From positions 2,010,001 through 2,042,000 of the forward strand of contig NC_014537.1 in NCBI RefSeq assembly GCF_000148385.1: a DNA stretch of 32,000 bases, read 5' to 3'. The notes under the pieces are model-generated. The model had not been told where the DNA came from, ran no database searches, and saw only the letters and a list, made by a program, of their open reading frames with translations. This DNA is from Vulcanisaeta distributa DSM 14429. Lineage in GTDB: Archaea; Thermoproteota; Thermoprotei; Thermoproteales; Thermocladiaceae. This document shows positions 24,131-32,000 of this stretch, piece after piece (within the stretch, counting starts at the first letter, position 1; every line of letters starts with the position of its first letter). The position numbers were made by a program, and so were the translations under genes.

Positions 24131-24607
24131 CTACTTAACTCCAATTACCTCCCTAACCTCATCAATCAACGGCCTTATGTACTTAACCCTCCTCTCAACC
24201 TCATCAATCTTTATCCTAACCTCGTGGAACCCGTTAACGTGTAGGAAATAAGCCTCAGCCCATGCCCTCTCCGCCACATCGCCTAGTTTCGAAGCCGCAT
24301 CATCGAGTAGGCTCACGGTCCATCTGCCCTTCTCTAGGGCTTCCCTGGCCTCATCGAGGTTTTTGGCAATGGCTAATGCCTTGATAGCCTCCTCCACAGC
24401 CTTATACAACTTCTCACTGGCCTGAACCACATCACCCCTACCGACAAAGTTAAGACCCTCACTAAACATGACCAAGGCCAACTCGGCATGAGCCTTAGCG
24501 GTGTCTGAGGGGTCTAGGTTGAGCTTTGCGGCTAGTACGTCTATTATGTAGTCAAGGTCTAACCCCCTTTTTCTAAGTGCTTCGATTAATGTCTGCGGTA
24601 TGCTCAT
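24131..24607 (-). CDS. PaREP1/PaREP8-family protein
   Basis: 158 aa and all-helical. The motif series SEKLYKAVEEAIKALA...KGRW...AWAEAYFLHVNGFHE matches the PaREP1 family pattern (EK.W.A...A.KA...LH.N.Y/FHE). Confidence 0.65.
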   Translation of the reverse strand: MSIPQTLIEALRKRGLDLDYIIDVLAAKLNLDPSDTAKAHAELALVMFSEGLNFVGRGDVVQASEKLYKAVEEAIKALAIAKNLDEAREALEKGRWTVSLLDDAASKLGDVAERAWAEAYFLHVNGFHEVRIKIDEVERRVKYIRPLIDEVREVIGVK

Positions 24608-24667
24608 TATTATTAATAATTTTCCGCGGATTTATTAAGTCTTGTATGGTTAAGTTGGGTAGTGAAA

Positions 24668-25032
24668 TCACTGCTCCAGGTTAATGCCGTAGGTCCTCAT
24701 TAGGTCAACGAGCCTAACTGCTTCATGCCTCATCTGCCTTATCCAAGCCGTCACTTCACCACTCCACTCCTCAGTGGTGTATATGAAGAATTCAATCCTG
24801 GGCTCAATGAATTCCTTAAGCAACAACCTCCTCTCCAACTGATCCATACCCCTCACGTCATCACTAATAATCACTAGGTCAATGTCACTCATGTCCGTGT
24901 AATCACCCTAGCCCTGGAACCAACCACGTAAACCTCAGAAATACCAATCCTAGACCTTGCCCTCCTCACGAACTCCCAAGCCCTCCTGAGTAGGACAACC
25001 TGACTCTCTACTGCAGATTTTGCCTTACCCAT
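24668..25032 (-). pseudogene. Minimal nucleotidyltransferase (MNT, antitoxin-type) gene disrupted by a 1-nt frameshift
   Basis: The frame from ATG 25032 gives MGKAKSAVESQVVLLRRAWEFVRRARSRIGISEVYVVGSRARVITRT*, with its stop at 24891..24889. The adjacent frame continues GDYTDMSDIDLVIISDD... (track ORF 24668..24892). Joined together they restore the MNT signature GSRARGDYTxxSDIDLVII. The shift maps to the GGG run at 24906-24908, which appears one G short. Confidence 0.75.
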
Positions 25033-25367
25033 TCAACCACCTCCCTAGCCATCTCAAGAGCCTTCCTAGCCTTACCCTCAGTATATACTTCGTATGGTAG
25101 CCCATTAGCCGCATCAGGGTACCTGGAGACTGTGTAATGCATGGTCAACTCCCTAAGGTAATCCATTATTCGTGATACATCGATACGAAGCTCATCCCTA
25201 ATTATGTAGCCGAGCTCCACCAAATCATGGCCACTGACCACCTTACCCCTCGAAATAACGGCTTATTGAGACCAAAATGCGTAGGCGTAATAGTCGCCAG
25301 AATTAAGGGAGTTCTCCGCCGTACGCAGGTCCCTAAGTGCCTGGGCAAGCCATTTTTGGTACTCCAT
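25008..25367 (-). pseudogene. HEPN-domain (toxin-type) gene interrupted by an in-frame TAA
   Basis: ATG 25367 opens MEYQKWLAQALRDLRTAENSLNSGDYYAYAFWSQ. A TAA follows at 25265..25263, and the same frame then continues AVISRGKVVSGHDLVELGYII...YTVSRYPDA...EGKARKALEMAREVVEWVRQNLQ. Together this is a typical HEPN of about 119 aa, and it overlaps the MNT start by 25 nt. Confidence 0.7.
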
Positions 25368-25480
25368 TACTCATTAACTAATTACTACCAGGGCTTAAAA
25401 TATCATTCCGTAGTAGTGTCCGTAGTATTTCATGAACATGTCATACCATGTTAATGGATAACGGCAAGGATAGGTCCAGA

Positions 25481-26359
25481 CTACACCTTAGGCATGTTCC
25501 TATATATTACCTTACTCCATACGTACCCCGCCTCGAATAGTGCTATGAACATTATGAACCATAGTAGTGTGCTTATTAGTGTTGGGTCTGGGTTTATTAT
25601 GGCTATGGCCACGAGGACCCCGAAGTATATGTAGGGCCTATTCCTCGAGAGCATGTCAGGCGTTATTAAGCCGATTTGCGTCAGTAGCGCGATTATCACG
25701 GGCGTTTCAAAGAGGAAACCTGCGAAGAATAAGGTTGCAATGAACGTGTCCAGGAAGCCACTCGTGGTGAGCAAGTGCACGAAACCGAATAGGCAACTCC
25801 AGAATAGGCTTATCCTTAGGAAGGCTGGGAATACGAAGTAGTAACCAATGAACATGCCTAGGTAGAAGAGTATGGTTGCAACCCACACATACCTCCTAAC
25901 GGCTCTAAGCTCATGGGGGTAAAGGGCTGGCTTGATGTATTGGTAAATTTCATAAATTAGCACTGGTATTGTAACGAGGAGGGCAATAACTATGCTAAGC
26001 TCAACACTGAACACGAACGGCCCGAGTACGGTGGTTGATATTATGCCTATGGGCTTAGTGGAGTTGCCAATAACCACGTAACCACTGGCGCAGGATACCG
26101 ACTCCGCAGGCGCCATGATAAGGCTATATATGTAGTGCCTATAAACATAGGCTATTATTGGGTTGTACTCCATGGTGAAGAAGCCAATGACGACCTGGGC
26201 AATGTTATGACTATGTACATCGGGCATTGGCAACCAAAGGATTACGAACACCACAGCAAACACAATCAAAGCCCTCCTAAGCCTAACCCCAAGCTCACGG
26301 ATATGCTCCCAAAAAGGCAACTCCCTATCATAAGGCGGCCTATCCTCACTCATTATCAA
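25481..26359 (-). CDS. tatC: Twin-arginine translocase subunit TatC
   Basis: 292 aa with 6 TM helices and a TatC-like N-terminus, ELPFWEHIRELGVRLRRALIVFAVVFV. Confidence 0.85.
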   Translation of the reverse strand: MIMSEDRPPYDRELPFWEHIRELGVRLRRALIVFAVVFVILWLPMPDVHSHNIAQVVIGFFTMEYNPIIAYVYRHYIYSLIMAPAESVSCASGYVVIGNSTKPIGIISTTVLGPFVFSVELSIVIALLVTIPVLIYEIYQYIKPALYPHELRAVRRYVWVATILFYLGMFIGYYFVFPAFLRISLFWSCLFGFVHLLTTSGFLDTFIATLFFAGFLFETPVIIALLTQIGLITPDMLSRNRPYIYFGVLVAIAIINPDPTLISTLLWFIMFIALFEAGYVWSKVIYRNMPKV

Positions 26360-26492
26360 TTAATGATATGTGTGTGGGTAAAAATCCCTTTTTCACATAA
26401 ATGATAAATGAGGTAGTCAGATCCCTGGTTCTCAGTAATTCCTTATTTCAAAAAGGATAAAGTTTTGTATTTAATGCCTACGTTGATTTAGT

Positions 26493-26858
26493 ATGTCTGT
26501 GAGTGTTAGGTTTAGGGTTTGGATTGAGGTTGGTGATAGACATGTTATTGGCCCTGGTGGTTATGAGATTCTTAAGGCTATTGATGAGGTTGGTTCAATA
26601 AGTGGTGCTGCCCGTAAATTGGGTATGTCCTATCGCTTCGTCTGGAATTACGTAGATAGGATGGAGAAGACGCTGGGCGTTAAGTTGGTTGATGCGAGGA
26701 AGGGAGGTAGGGGCAGGGGAGGGGCAAAATTAACACCAGAAGGGCAGGCGCTATTGAAGTACTACGAAGAGATACTCGAAGAAATGAACCAAGTAGCAAG
26801 TAAATGGTCGCAGGAATTAACACAGAGATTTAGAAACTTAACAAGCTATGATCTTTGA
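26493..26858 (+). CDS. ModE N-terminal-domain (LysR-type HTH) regulator lacking Mop/TOBE domains
   Basis: 121 aa. GSISGAARKLGMSYRFVWNYVDRMEKTLGVKLVDARKGGRGRGGAKLTPEG is the ModE-type HTH module, and there is no C-terminal molybdate-binding domain. Confidence 0.75.
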   Translation: MSVSVRFRVWIEVGDRHVIGPGGYEILKAIDEVGSISGAARKLGMSYRFVWNYVDRMEKTLGVKLVDARKGGRGRGGAKLTPEGQALLKYYEEILEEMNQVASKWSQELTQRFRNLTSYDL

Positions 26859-27220
26859 TTTTCACCATTAGATAGCTTCCTTAGTATCTCGTCTATTACC
26901 TGTTGCCTTGTTTTTCCCTGGGTGTTTATGTTTAGGGCTTTGGCAATCCTCAGTATGTCTGGGTCTAGGGCTTCGTTCATTGTCCTCCTCACATCATTCA
27001 CTGCGTTGTTCATTGTTGCCCTAGCCTCGTGGATTGGCTCGTTAATCTCCCTCATGAACTCCTCCATCTCCCTCCTGGCCCAGTTATACCACCTGCCCAA
27101 CTCCCTGGCTATTTTTGGTAGTGTCTCGGGCTTCCAGGCGAGTAGAATTAGGAGGAATAGGAATATGAGTAGTCCTGTCTGCTCATCGAGGATTAGGTAA
27201 ACGGTCATTTTAAGGCTCAC
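26846..27220 (-). CDS. TatA/TatB-like translocase component with a C-terminal SAP/HeH-like motif
   Basis: 124 aa. A TM helix is followed by the hinge and amphipathic helix WKPETLPKIARELGRWYNWARREMEEF (compare the TatA consensus FGPxKLPxxxRxLGxxxxxF). The tail reads ILRIAKALNINTQGKTRQQVIDEILRKL. Confidence 0.55.
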   Translation of the reverse strand: MSLKMTVYLILDEQTGLLIFLFLLILLAWKPETLPKIARELGRWYNWARREMEEFMREINEPIHEARATMNNAVNDVRRTMNEALDPDILRIAKALNINTQGKTRQQVIDEILRKLSNGENQRS

Positions 27221-27240
27221 CGATTAATTTAATTTCAAGG

Positions 27241-27696
27241 TCACTTATTACTGAGCCTCCAATTAATCTCCTTAATAAGGTCCTCCTCACTCTTACCCCT
27301 AGTGTCAATGCCGAGCCTCTCCGCAATCTCAAGGACCCTAGGGTCAACGCCTGACTTCGCTGCGGTGGATGCCCTCTGCTGGCTCAATGCCTTGTTGATC
27401 TCCGTGAGCAGCTCATCCCTAGTCTTACCCGTTGGGTCAATACCAAGCTTCCTAGCAACCTCAACAAGCTCAGGCTCGGGCTCACTCTCCGAAGCACCAC
27501 GCCTAAACTCCCTAACAGCCTGCCCAAAACTCCTAGCCAACTGAGGAATCTTACTCGGACCCCAAATAATGAGGATTATGAAGGCTATGATAATCAAAAT
27601 CAAAGTCTGCGTATCAATAAACAATACTACGCCCATCAAGAAGTCAATCGTGGATTTACTTAAAAACTTTGCTAACAATTGTGTGAAAATTCCCAC
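27241..27696 (-). CDS. tatA: TatA with two C-terminal SAP/HeH-like repeats
   Basis: The track ORF is 151 aa from a GTG start. The likely true start is ATG 27636 (MGVVLFIDTQTLILIIIAFIILIIWGPSKIPQLARSFGQAVREFRRG), which gives the TatA TM helix, GP hinge and amphipathic helix. The tail carries the repeats LVEVARKLGIDPTGKTRDELLTEINKAL and VLEIAERLGIDTRGKSEEDLIKEINWRL. Confidence 0.7.
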   Translation of the reverse strand: MGIFTQLLAKFLSKSTIDFLMGVVLFIDTQTLILIIIAFIILIIWGPSKIPQLARSFGQAVREFRRGASESEPEPELVEVARKLGIDPTGKTRDELLTEINKALSQQRASTAAKSGVDPRVLEIAERLGIDTRGKSEEDLIKEINWRLSNK

Positions 27697-27779
27697 CTGG
27701 AGCCTTAAATCAAATTGAATGTAGGGTTAAAGATACTTATTCTTCATTAAAAGTGGAGTTGAAACTAACTTCATGACCA

Positions 27780-28565
27780 CTATGAGCCCTTAATTATGCC
27801 CCTGTGAACAATTAGTAGTAAGACTACGGTAATCAATGTTAGAAATAACAGAATGACTAATGAATAACGAACTAATTCAAGGGCATTAACATCGAAAAGA
27901 CCCATCATAACCACGGCCATGGGAGAAACGCTGGAGATGGGCATCGTACAAGCACCCAACCCACACGCCGAACCCACGAACGCTGCTGTACCCGTGGATG
28001 CCGCAATGCCCACTGTACCACCTATCGCACTACCTAGCCTATTGACTATACGTTTTACGGCAATCCTCAATTGTAAATAAGAAACGCTGATTATTAACCA
28101 TGTACTTAATATTAGGTTAACGGTGCCTATTATCATGGTTGTCAAATTAAATGAACCAATGAATGGTGTTGTGTAAAGCGTTATGTAATTAGGACCTACA
28201 ATCCTGATAACCCCCACGTTAATTAAGTATGAAATTAGGGCTGGTATTAACAATAATAGGTATAATTGAAGTAGCCTTTTACGGGTAAATACATCTAAAA
28301 CGCCGTGAGATTCATAAACCCTAACCACATCACTCAGGATGACCTTGGCAAGCGGTGATGCGTATCTATAAATTAGTAGGGCACCCACTATTAATAGAGG
28401 TACCAGGTAAGCCATGGTACTTACGTATTCGCTGACTATGGTATGTAGACTTGGGATTCCAAAATAACCTAAACGAGTACTAACAAGGATTGCCGTTAAT
28501 GGTAGAATCACCGTAAATACAATAAAAACATACATAATAAGTAATGCTATTCCCTCATTACTCAT
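27780..28565 (-). CDS. Integral membrane protein, unknown function
   Basis: 261 aa with about 7 TM helices. It contains a G/A/S/T-rich segment with a Cys pair (GSACGLGACTMP). Confidence 0.4.
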   Translation of the reverse strand: MSNEGIALLIMYVFIVFTVILPLTAILVSTRLGYFGIPSLHTIVSEYVSTMAYLVPLLIVGALLIYRYASPLAKVILSDVVRVYESHGVLDVFTRKRLLQLYLLLLIPALISYLINVGVIRIVGPNYITLYTTPFIGSFNLTTMIIGTVNLILSTWLIISVSYLQLRIAVKRIVNRLGSAIGGTVGIAASTGTAAFVGSACGLGACTMPISSVSPMAVVMMGLFDVNALELVRYSLVILLFLTLITVVLLLIVHRGIIKGS

Positions 28566-28724
28566 AATCCGCCATTCTGATGATACCGTTTTTAATTTAA
28601 AGGTAATTCAACACATGTATTTTAAATGATGCGAAATGAACTCGTAATTTATATCCCATTATATATAAATCAACATATCATTTAACTATTTGTCTAGTAA
28701 ATTTAAAATAACAAAGAAACCTCA

Positions 28725-28732
28725 TTTAAATA
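28725..28732 (+). promoter_or_regulatory. TATA box (TTTAAATA) for the peroxiredoxin gene
   Basis: Centred about 28 nt upstream of ATG 28757, which implies a leaderless or near-leaderless mRNA. Confidence 0.4.
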
Positions 28733-28756
28733 CATTGCCATTTACTGACCCGTAGT

Positions 28757-29449
28757 ATGCCAATAACAATCCCATCAATAGGGGAGAAATTCCCTGAGCT
28801 AAACGTAATGACAACCCATGGGCCAATGAAGTTACCAGACGCCTTCAAGGGTAAATGGTTCATACTCTTCAGCCATCCAGGCGACTTCACACCAGTGTGT
28901 ACCACCGAGTTCGTGAGCTTCGCTAAGCACTATGACGACTTCAAGAAGCTAAACACAGAGTTAATAGGCTTAAGCGTTGATACTGATATTAGCCATATTG
29001 AGTGGGTTCAGTGGATTGAGAAGACCCTCGGTGTTAAGATACCATTCCCAATAATTGCTGATCCGCTGGGTAACGTCTCAAGGGCTCTCGGCATGTTACA
29101 TGCAGAGTCCAGCACAAATACCGTTAGGACCGTCTTCATAGTTGATGATAAGGCGACAATAAGGACAATACTATACTACCCACTGGAGCTTGGTAGGAAC
29201 ATACCGGAGATACTGAGGATAGTTAGGTCATTACAGCTCATTGATAAGTATGGAGTTGTCATGCCGGCGAACTGGCCGTACAATGAAATAATTGGTGAGA
29301 ACGTCCTGAACCCACCGCCACATCACGTTGAGGAAGCCCCAAAGAGACTTCAGCAATTTAAAGGTTATGCATGGTGGCTAACCTATAGGGAGTTGCCTAA
29401 GGAGGAGGTTGAGGAGACGAAGAGAATTATTAAGATTAGGATTGAGTGA
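28757..29449 (+). CDS. Peroxiredoxin (Prx6-like, apparently 1-Cys type)
   Basis: 230 aa with the peroxidatic-Cys motif [14 protein letters not shown]. No Cys is visible in the C-terminal arm. Confidence 0.9.
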   Translation: MPITIPSIGEKFPELNVMTTHGPMKLPDAFKGKWFILFSHPGDFTPVCTTEFVSFAKHYDDFKKLNTELIGLSVDTDISHIEWVQWIEKTLGVKIPFPIIADPLGNVSRALGMLHAESSTNTVRTVFIVDDKATIRTILYYPLELGRNIPEILRIVRSLQLIDKYGVVMPANWPYNEIIGENVLNPPPHHVEEAPKRLQQFKGYAWWLTYRELPKEEVEETKRIIKIRIE

Positions 29450-29524
29450 TGAAGGGCATCACCACAATCAAAATCCTCCTAAAAATATTTTAAGGTAATT
29501 ATTTCCAAACTACCCTGAGCCCAC

Positions 29525-29914
29525 ATGAAATTTAAGGGAGAGACTGTGTTTGGGAGCGGCGTTGTTAATGGCGAGTTGGTGGTTTATCGGGAACCACTTT
29601 CCTTCCTTGGCGATGTTGATGGTAAGAACGGTATTATAAGGACCATTAACGCCAGTATCGCAGGTAAGGTGCTTGTGATACCCAGCTCAAGGGGCTCGAC
29701 GGTGGGTCCCTACGTCATGTACCAACTGAGTAAGTACGGTAAGGCCCCACTGGTGATACTCAGTGTTAAGGCCGACACTATGCTGATAATTGGGGCTATC
29801 ATGGCGCAAATACCAATAATGACCAATTTGCCCAAGGAGGTATTAAACCTTAGGAGTGGTGTCATGGCCCGTGTTGATCTAGACAGGGGTGAGGTCTATG
29901 TCGATGAGCCCTGA
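29525..29914 (+). CDS. Aconitase X swivel-domain protein (DUF126), candidate phosphomevalonate dehydratase small subunit
   Basis: 129 aa. LSFLGDVDGKNGII...GKVLVIPSSRGSTVGPYVMYQLSKYGKAPLVIL is the typical DUF126/AcnX small-subunit pattern. Confidence 0.65.
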   Translation: MKFKGETVFGSGVVNGELVVYREPLSFLGDVDGKNGIIRTINASIAGKVLVIPSSRGSTVGPYVMYQLSKYGKAPLVILSVKADTMLIIGAIMAQIPIMTNLPKEVLNLRSGVMARVDLDRGEVYVDEP

Positions 29915-30200
29915 GGCTAGGCTGGCATTGCTGCTGCTTGAGGAGCTTGAGTTGAGGAATGGCAGGGCTAGGCTTAGGTACCTAAAGGTTTATAGAATGA
30001 TGGCTTACTGGCTCGGTCCTGGGTATGCCAGGGCATTGCTTGATAGGCTCGTCTCAAGCGGCTACATAGCAATTAAGGGTGATAGGGTTGAACTACTGCG
30101 TAGGTTCAAGACCAGTAAGAGCCAGCAACAGGTGTATAGGGAAGCAAGAGACGTTGTTATTAGCACTTACCTATCGATACAGCGCCCACCGAGTAAGTGA
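29889..30200 (+). CDS. Hypothetical protein (possible small wHTH)
   Basis: A 103 aa track ORF. The alternative start ATG 29904 overlaps the DUF126 stop region. LLDRLVSSGYIAIKGDRVEL resembles a wing/recognition segment, but the support is weak. Confidence 0.3.
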   Translation: MRSMSMSPEARLALLLLEELELRNGRARLRYLKVYRMMAYWLGPGYARALLDRLVSSGYIAIKGDRVELLRRFKTSKSQQQVYREARDVVISTYLSIQRPPSK

Positions 30201-31012
30201 AGTAATTCGAGAACCCTCCCATTGTAGATGTTTAGGGCCTTTGCCCCATTAATTGCCTTATTCATGCTAAATGAGGAGTTGATTAGTAAACCACCGAGAA
30301 CCCAAACCACGGAGTCTAGGTTAAGTGGTGGTACCCCACTGAGCCTACCAATCTCACTCCATATACCCTGAATCTCAGCCCTCCGTCTAGTCATTAACTC
30401 CCTGGCCAGCCCAGCCACATTATCGAGACCCCCCATGACCGGCATTAAGCCACTGCATATCGTTATTACGGTAACCCTGTAATCCACGGGTATTGGTATC
30501 TCCATTGGGACAGAAACGTCGAACCCGCAGACCCTACCCACGTAATACGCCATCTTAACCGCAAACACTATCGTCTTCTCATCACCACTCGTATTAGTTA
30601 CCTTCGAAAGCAGTTTCCAGAGCGACGTTAAGTCGCTTAAGTAATTACTAATGCCCAACCTGGCTATTTGTGGGCAGGCATTTTGAATTCTCCTTATCCT
30701 TGAATCCCTATACCGAGCTAAGTACCTACTATTCATTACGTAATTTATGAAGTCCCTGCACAAATCGGCTGGTTTATTCACAATGAAGTAGTTGGCGAAG
30801 TAGTTCCAGTGATCCTCACCCTTACCAGTCAGTTGATAGCTAACTAAGGCATTGAGTATTGTTAATTTCAGTGTTGTTTCAACGTCGTGCCTCAATTCAC
30901 GGCACAATCTGGCTACGGCAAGGTACTGGGGATCTCTCTCCTCAAAACCCCTAACCCAGTCTATACCGAGTTCACGTAGTACCTCCGCTATCTTCTCCTT
31001 AATACTGCTCAT
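30167..31012 (-). CDS. Archaeal 8-oxoguanine DNA glycosylase / N-glycosylase-DNA lyase (AGOG family)
   Basis: There is strong motif-level similarity to Pyrobaculum aerophilum Pa-AGOG as I remember it: ERDPQY, LNALVSYQLTGKGEDHWNYF, LCRDF, IPIPVDYRV, IWSEIGRLSGVPPLNLDSVVWVLGG. The start is placed at ATG 31012 (MSSIKEK) rather than the track start 31054, which avoids a 40-nt overlap with the upstream gene. Confidence 0.85.
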   Translation of the reverse strand: MSSIKEKIAEVLRELGIDWVRGFEERDPQYLAVARLCRELRHDVETTLKLTILNALVSYQLTGKGEDHWNYFANYFIVNKPADLCRDFINYVMNSRYLARYRDSRIRRIQNACPQIARLGISNYLSDLTSLWKLLSKVTNTSGDEKTIVFAVKMAYYVGRVCGFDVSVPMEIPIPVDYRVTVITICSGLMPVMGGLDNVAGLARELMTRRRAEIQGIWSEIGRLSGVPPLNLDSVVWVLGGLLINSSFSMNKAINGAKALNIYNGRVLELLHLLGGRCIDR

Positions 31013-31014
31013 TG

Positions 31015-31515
31015 TTAACCCCGCATTAACCTGTGAATTGAATAATACCTCCAAATGGTTATTAATGCAATGACTTGACCCCAGTCAAGGTATAGGAGTG
31101 GTTTACCCACGGTAATTAGTACGTAAGTTAATGGGTAGACTATTACTGGCGCGCCTATTGTGAATAGGTATATGTAGTGCGTTATTACGTAGGAAATCCC
31201 GTAAATAACACCTGACGAGTCGAGCACAATTGATGGCTTTATTATGTAGGCTATGTACGTGATTATCCACGCAAGGAACAGCAGCGATGAAACCCTCCAC
31301 ATATAGAGATAGAGCGGTAAATAACCAACATGAATCACCTCCCCAGACCTATAAACCACATAGCCATAAGCCCTAAACTCCAGTGCAAACGCCTCACCAA
31401 AGTGCGACAAACCCAGTGGTAGGAATAATGCCGTAATGATAATACCGAGTATAAACCCCCTCCTAACCCTTGCCTTAACATCCTCACGATTACTTAGGGC
31501 ACTACCACTGCCCAT
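31015..31515 (-). CDS. Integral membrane protein, unknown function
   Basis: 166 aa with about 5 TM helices. Confidence 0.4.
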   Translation of the reverse strand: MGSGSALSNREDVKARVRRGFILGIIITALFLPLGLSHFGEAFALEFRAYGYVVYRSGEVIHVGYLPLYLYMWRVSSLLFLAWIITYIAYIIKPSIVLDSSGVIYGISYVITHYIYLFTIGAPVIVYPLTYVLITVGKPLLYLDWGQVIALITIWRYYSIHRLMRG

Positions 31516-31561
31516 TACTGGCTAACTCCATTAGGCAGTTATTAAAGAATCACGCACCTCC

Positions 31562-32000
31562 TTAAATTAACCTATACAGACCAGTTATTAACGTGTAATA
31601 AAGTGTAAGCCCTATGAGAGACCATAAAACCACCGATATTGCAATCATCACCTTACCCCTTAATGCCTGGTCCCTAATCACCTTCGTGAGGAGTGTCTCT
31701 AGGAATTGACCACCATCGAGGGGATATGCAGGGAAGGCATTGAGTAATGCCAAGGTTAGATTTAGAGTGTATATCCAGAACATTAGGTTATAAAATGAAC
31801 TACTCTCCACGACTATACCCCATGGGTTTATGTATAGGGCTGAATAACCAAGTAATGCCATTGATAGGTTACCCGTACTTAGTACTTCGTTGAATACGGT
31901 GCCATTTGCGGGGTTAAACACGGTTAACGTGACGTTACTTGAGCCGACTGAGTTTAGTATTGATATTAATGAGTATATGCTGGCCACTGGATGATTGTTA
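31562..32000 (-). CDS. Site-2 protease (M50 family) C-terminal part; the 5' end runs off the right window edge
   Basis: It carries the M50 signature LLNAFPAYPLDGGQFL (NxxPxxxLDG). The frame remains open upstream of the track GTG start at 31987 to the window end, so the HExxH half should lie outside the window. Confidence 0.7.
   Translation of the reverse strand, partial: NNHPVASIYSLISILNSVGSSNVTLTVFNPANGTVFNEVLSTGNLSMALLGYSALYINPWGIVVESSSFYNLMFWIYTLNLTLALLNAFPAYPLDGGQFLETLLTKVIRDQALRGKVMIAISVVLWSLIGLTLYYTLITGLYRLI

Noticed and set aside
25227-25454. The 75-aa + strand ORF across the HEPN upstream region.
   Set aside because: The opposite strand encodes the N-terminal part of a recognisable HEPN domain in frame with the downstream ORF, and the + strand product has no features.
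28570-28650. The CTGATGA and AATGATG strings upstream of the peroxiredoxin gene might belong to a second C/D box sRNA.
   Set aside because: No CTGA D or D' boxes occur at the required spacing of about 12 nt, and there is no C'/D' pair. The strings are most likely chance matches in an AT-rich promoter region.

Overview
The window looks like a chromosomal segment from a hyperthermophilic crenarchaeon. A Thermoproteales (Vulcanisaeta/Caldivirga/Pyrobaculum-like) origin is inferred from a PaREP1-family gene, a Pa-AGOG-type 8-oxoguanine glycosylase, TATA boxes about 27 nt upstream of start codons, GGTGA-type ribosome-binding sites inside operons, and a C/D box sRNA. It is densely coding, about 40 CDS, with no rRNA, tRNA, CRISPR array, transposase or integrase.

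The housekeeping flanks carry a radical SAM protein, aIF2-beta, a CCG-domain Fe-S protein, an M24-fold protein, a nuoJ-nuoK-nuoN membrane module, a CobA-type adenosyltransferase, BtpA, peroxiredoxin, an AcnX/DUF126 small subunit, AGOG and an M50 protease.

The centre (about 13.4-27.7 kb) is the main candidate for an uncharacterised system. It is a respiratory, molybdenum- and Tat-themed neighbourhood containing:
- a tightly coupled five-gene molybdoenzyme operon: NrfD-like anchor, a 1263-1270 aa Tat-exported catalytic subunit, a 4x[4Fe-4S] subunit, a TorD-like chaperone and a 447 aa polyferredoxin with a zinc ribbon. Its substrate is unassigned.
- two tandem paralogous wHTH regulators with three conserved C-terminal cysteines.
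- a 298-bp AT-rich control region.
- a DoxD/DoxA-like pair.
- tatC, a ModE N-domain-only regulator, and two TatA-like genes whose tails carry SAP/HeH-like repeats.

Other observations:
- a HEPN/MNT toxin-antitoxin pair in which each gene is inactivated by a single lesion, next to a PaREP1 gene.
- a 64-nt element with a perfect 34-bp palindrome, present twice just 3' of genes.
- a candidate C/D box sRNA with its own TATA box and T-run.
- a membrane-anchored surface protein with a coiled coil, two tandem domain repeats and a poly-Ser tail.

All functional calls rest on motif and family recognition by eye. No database search was run.
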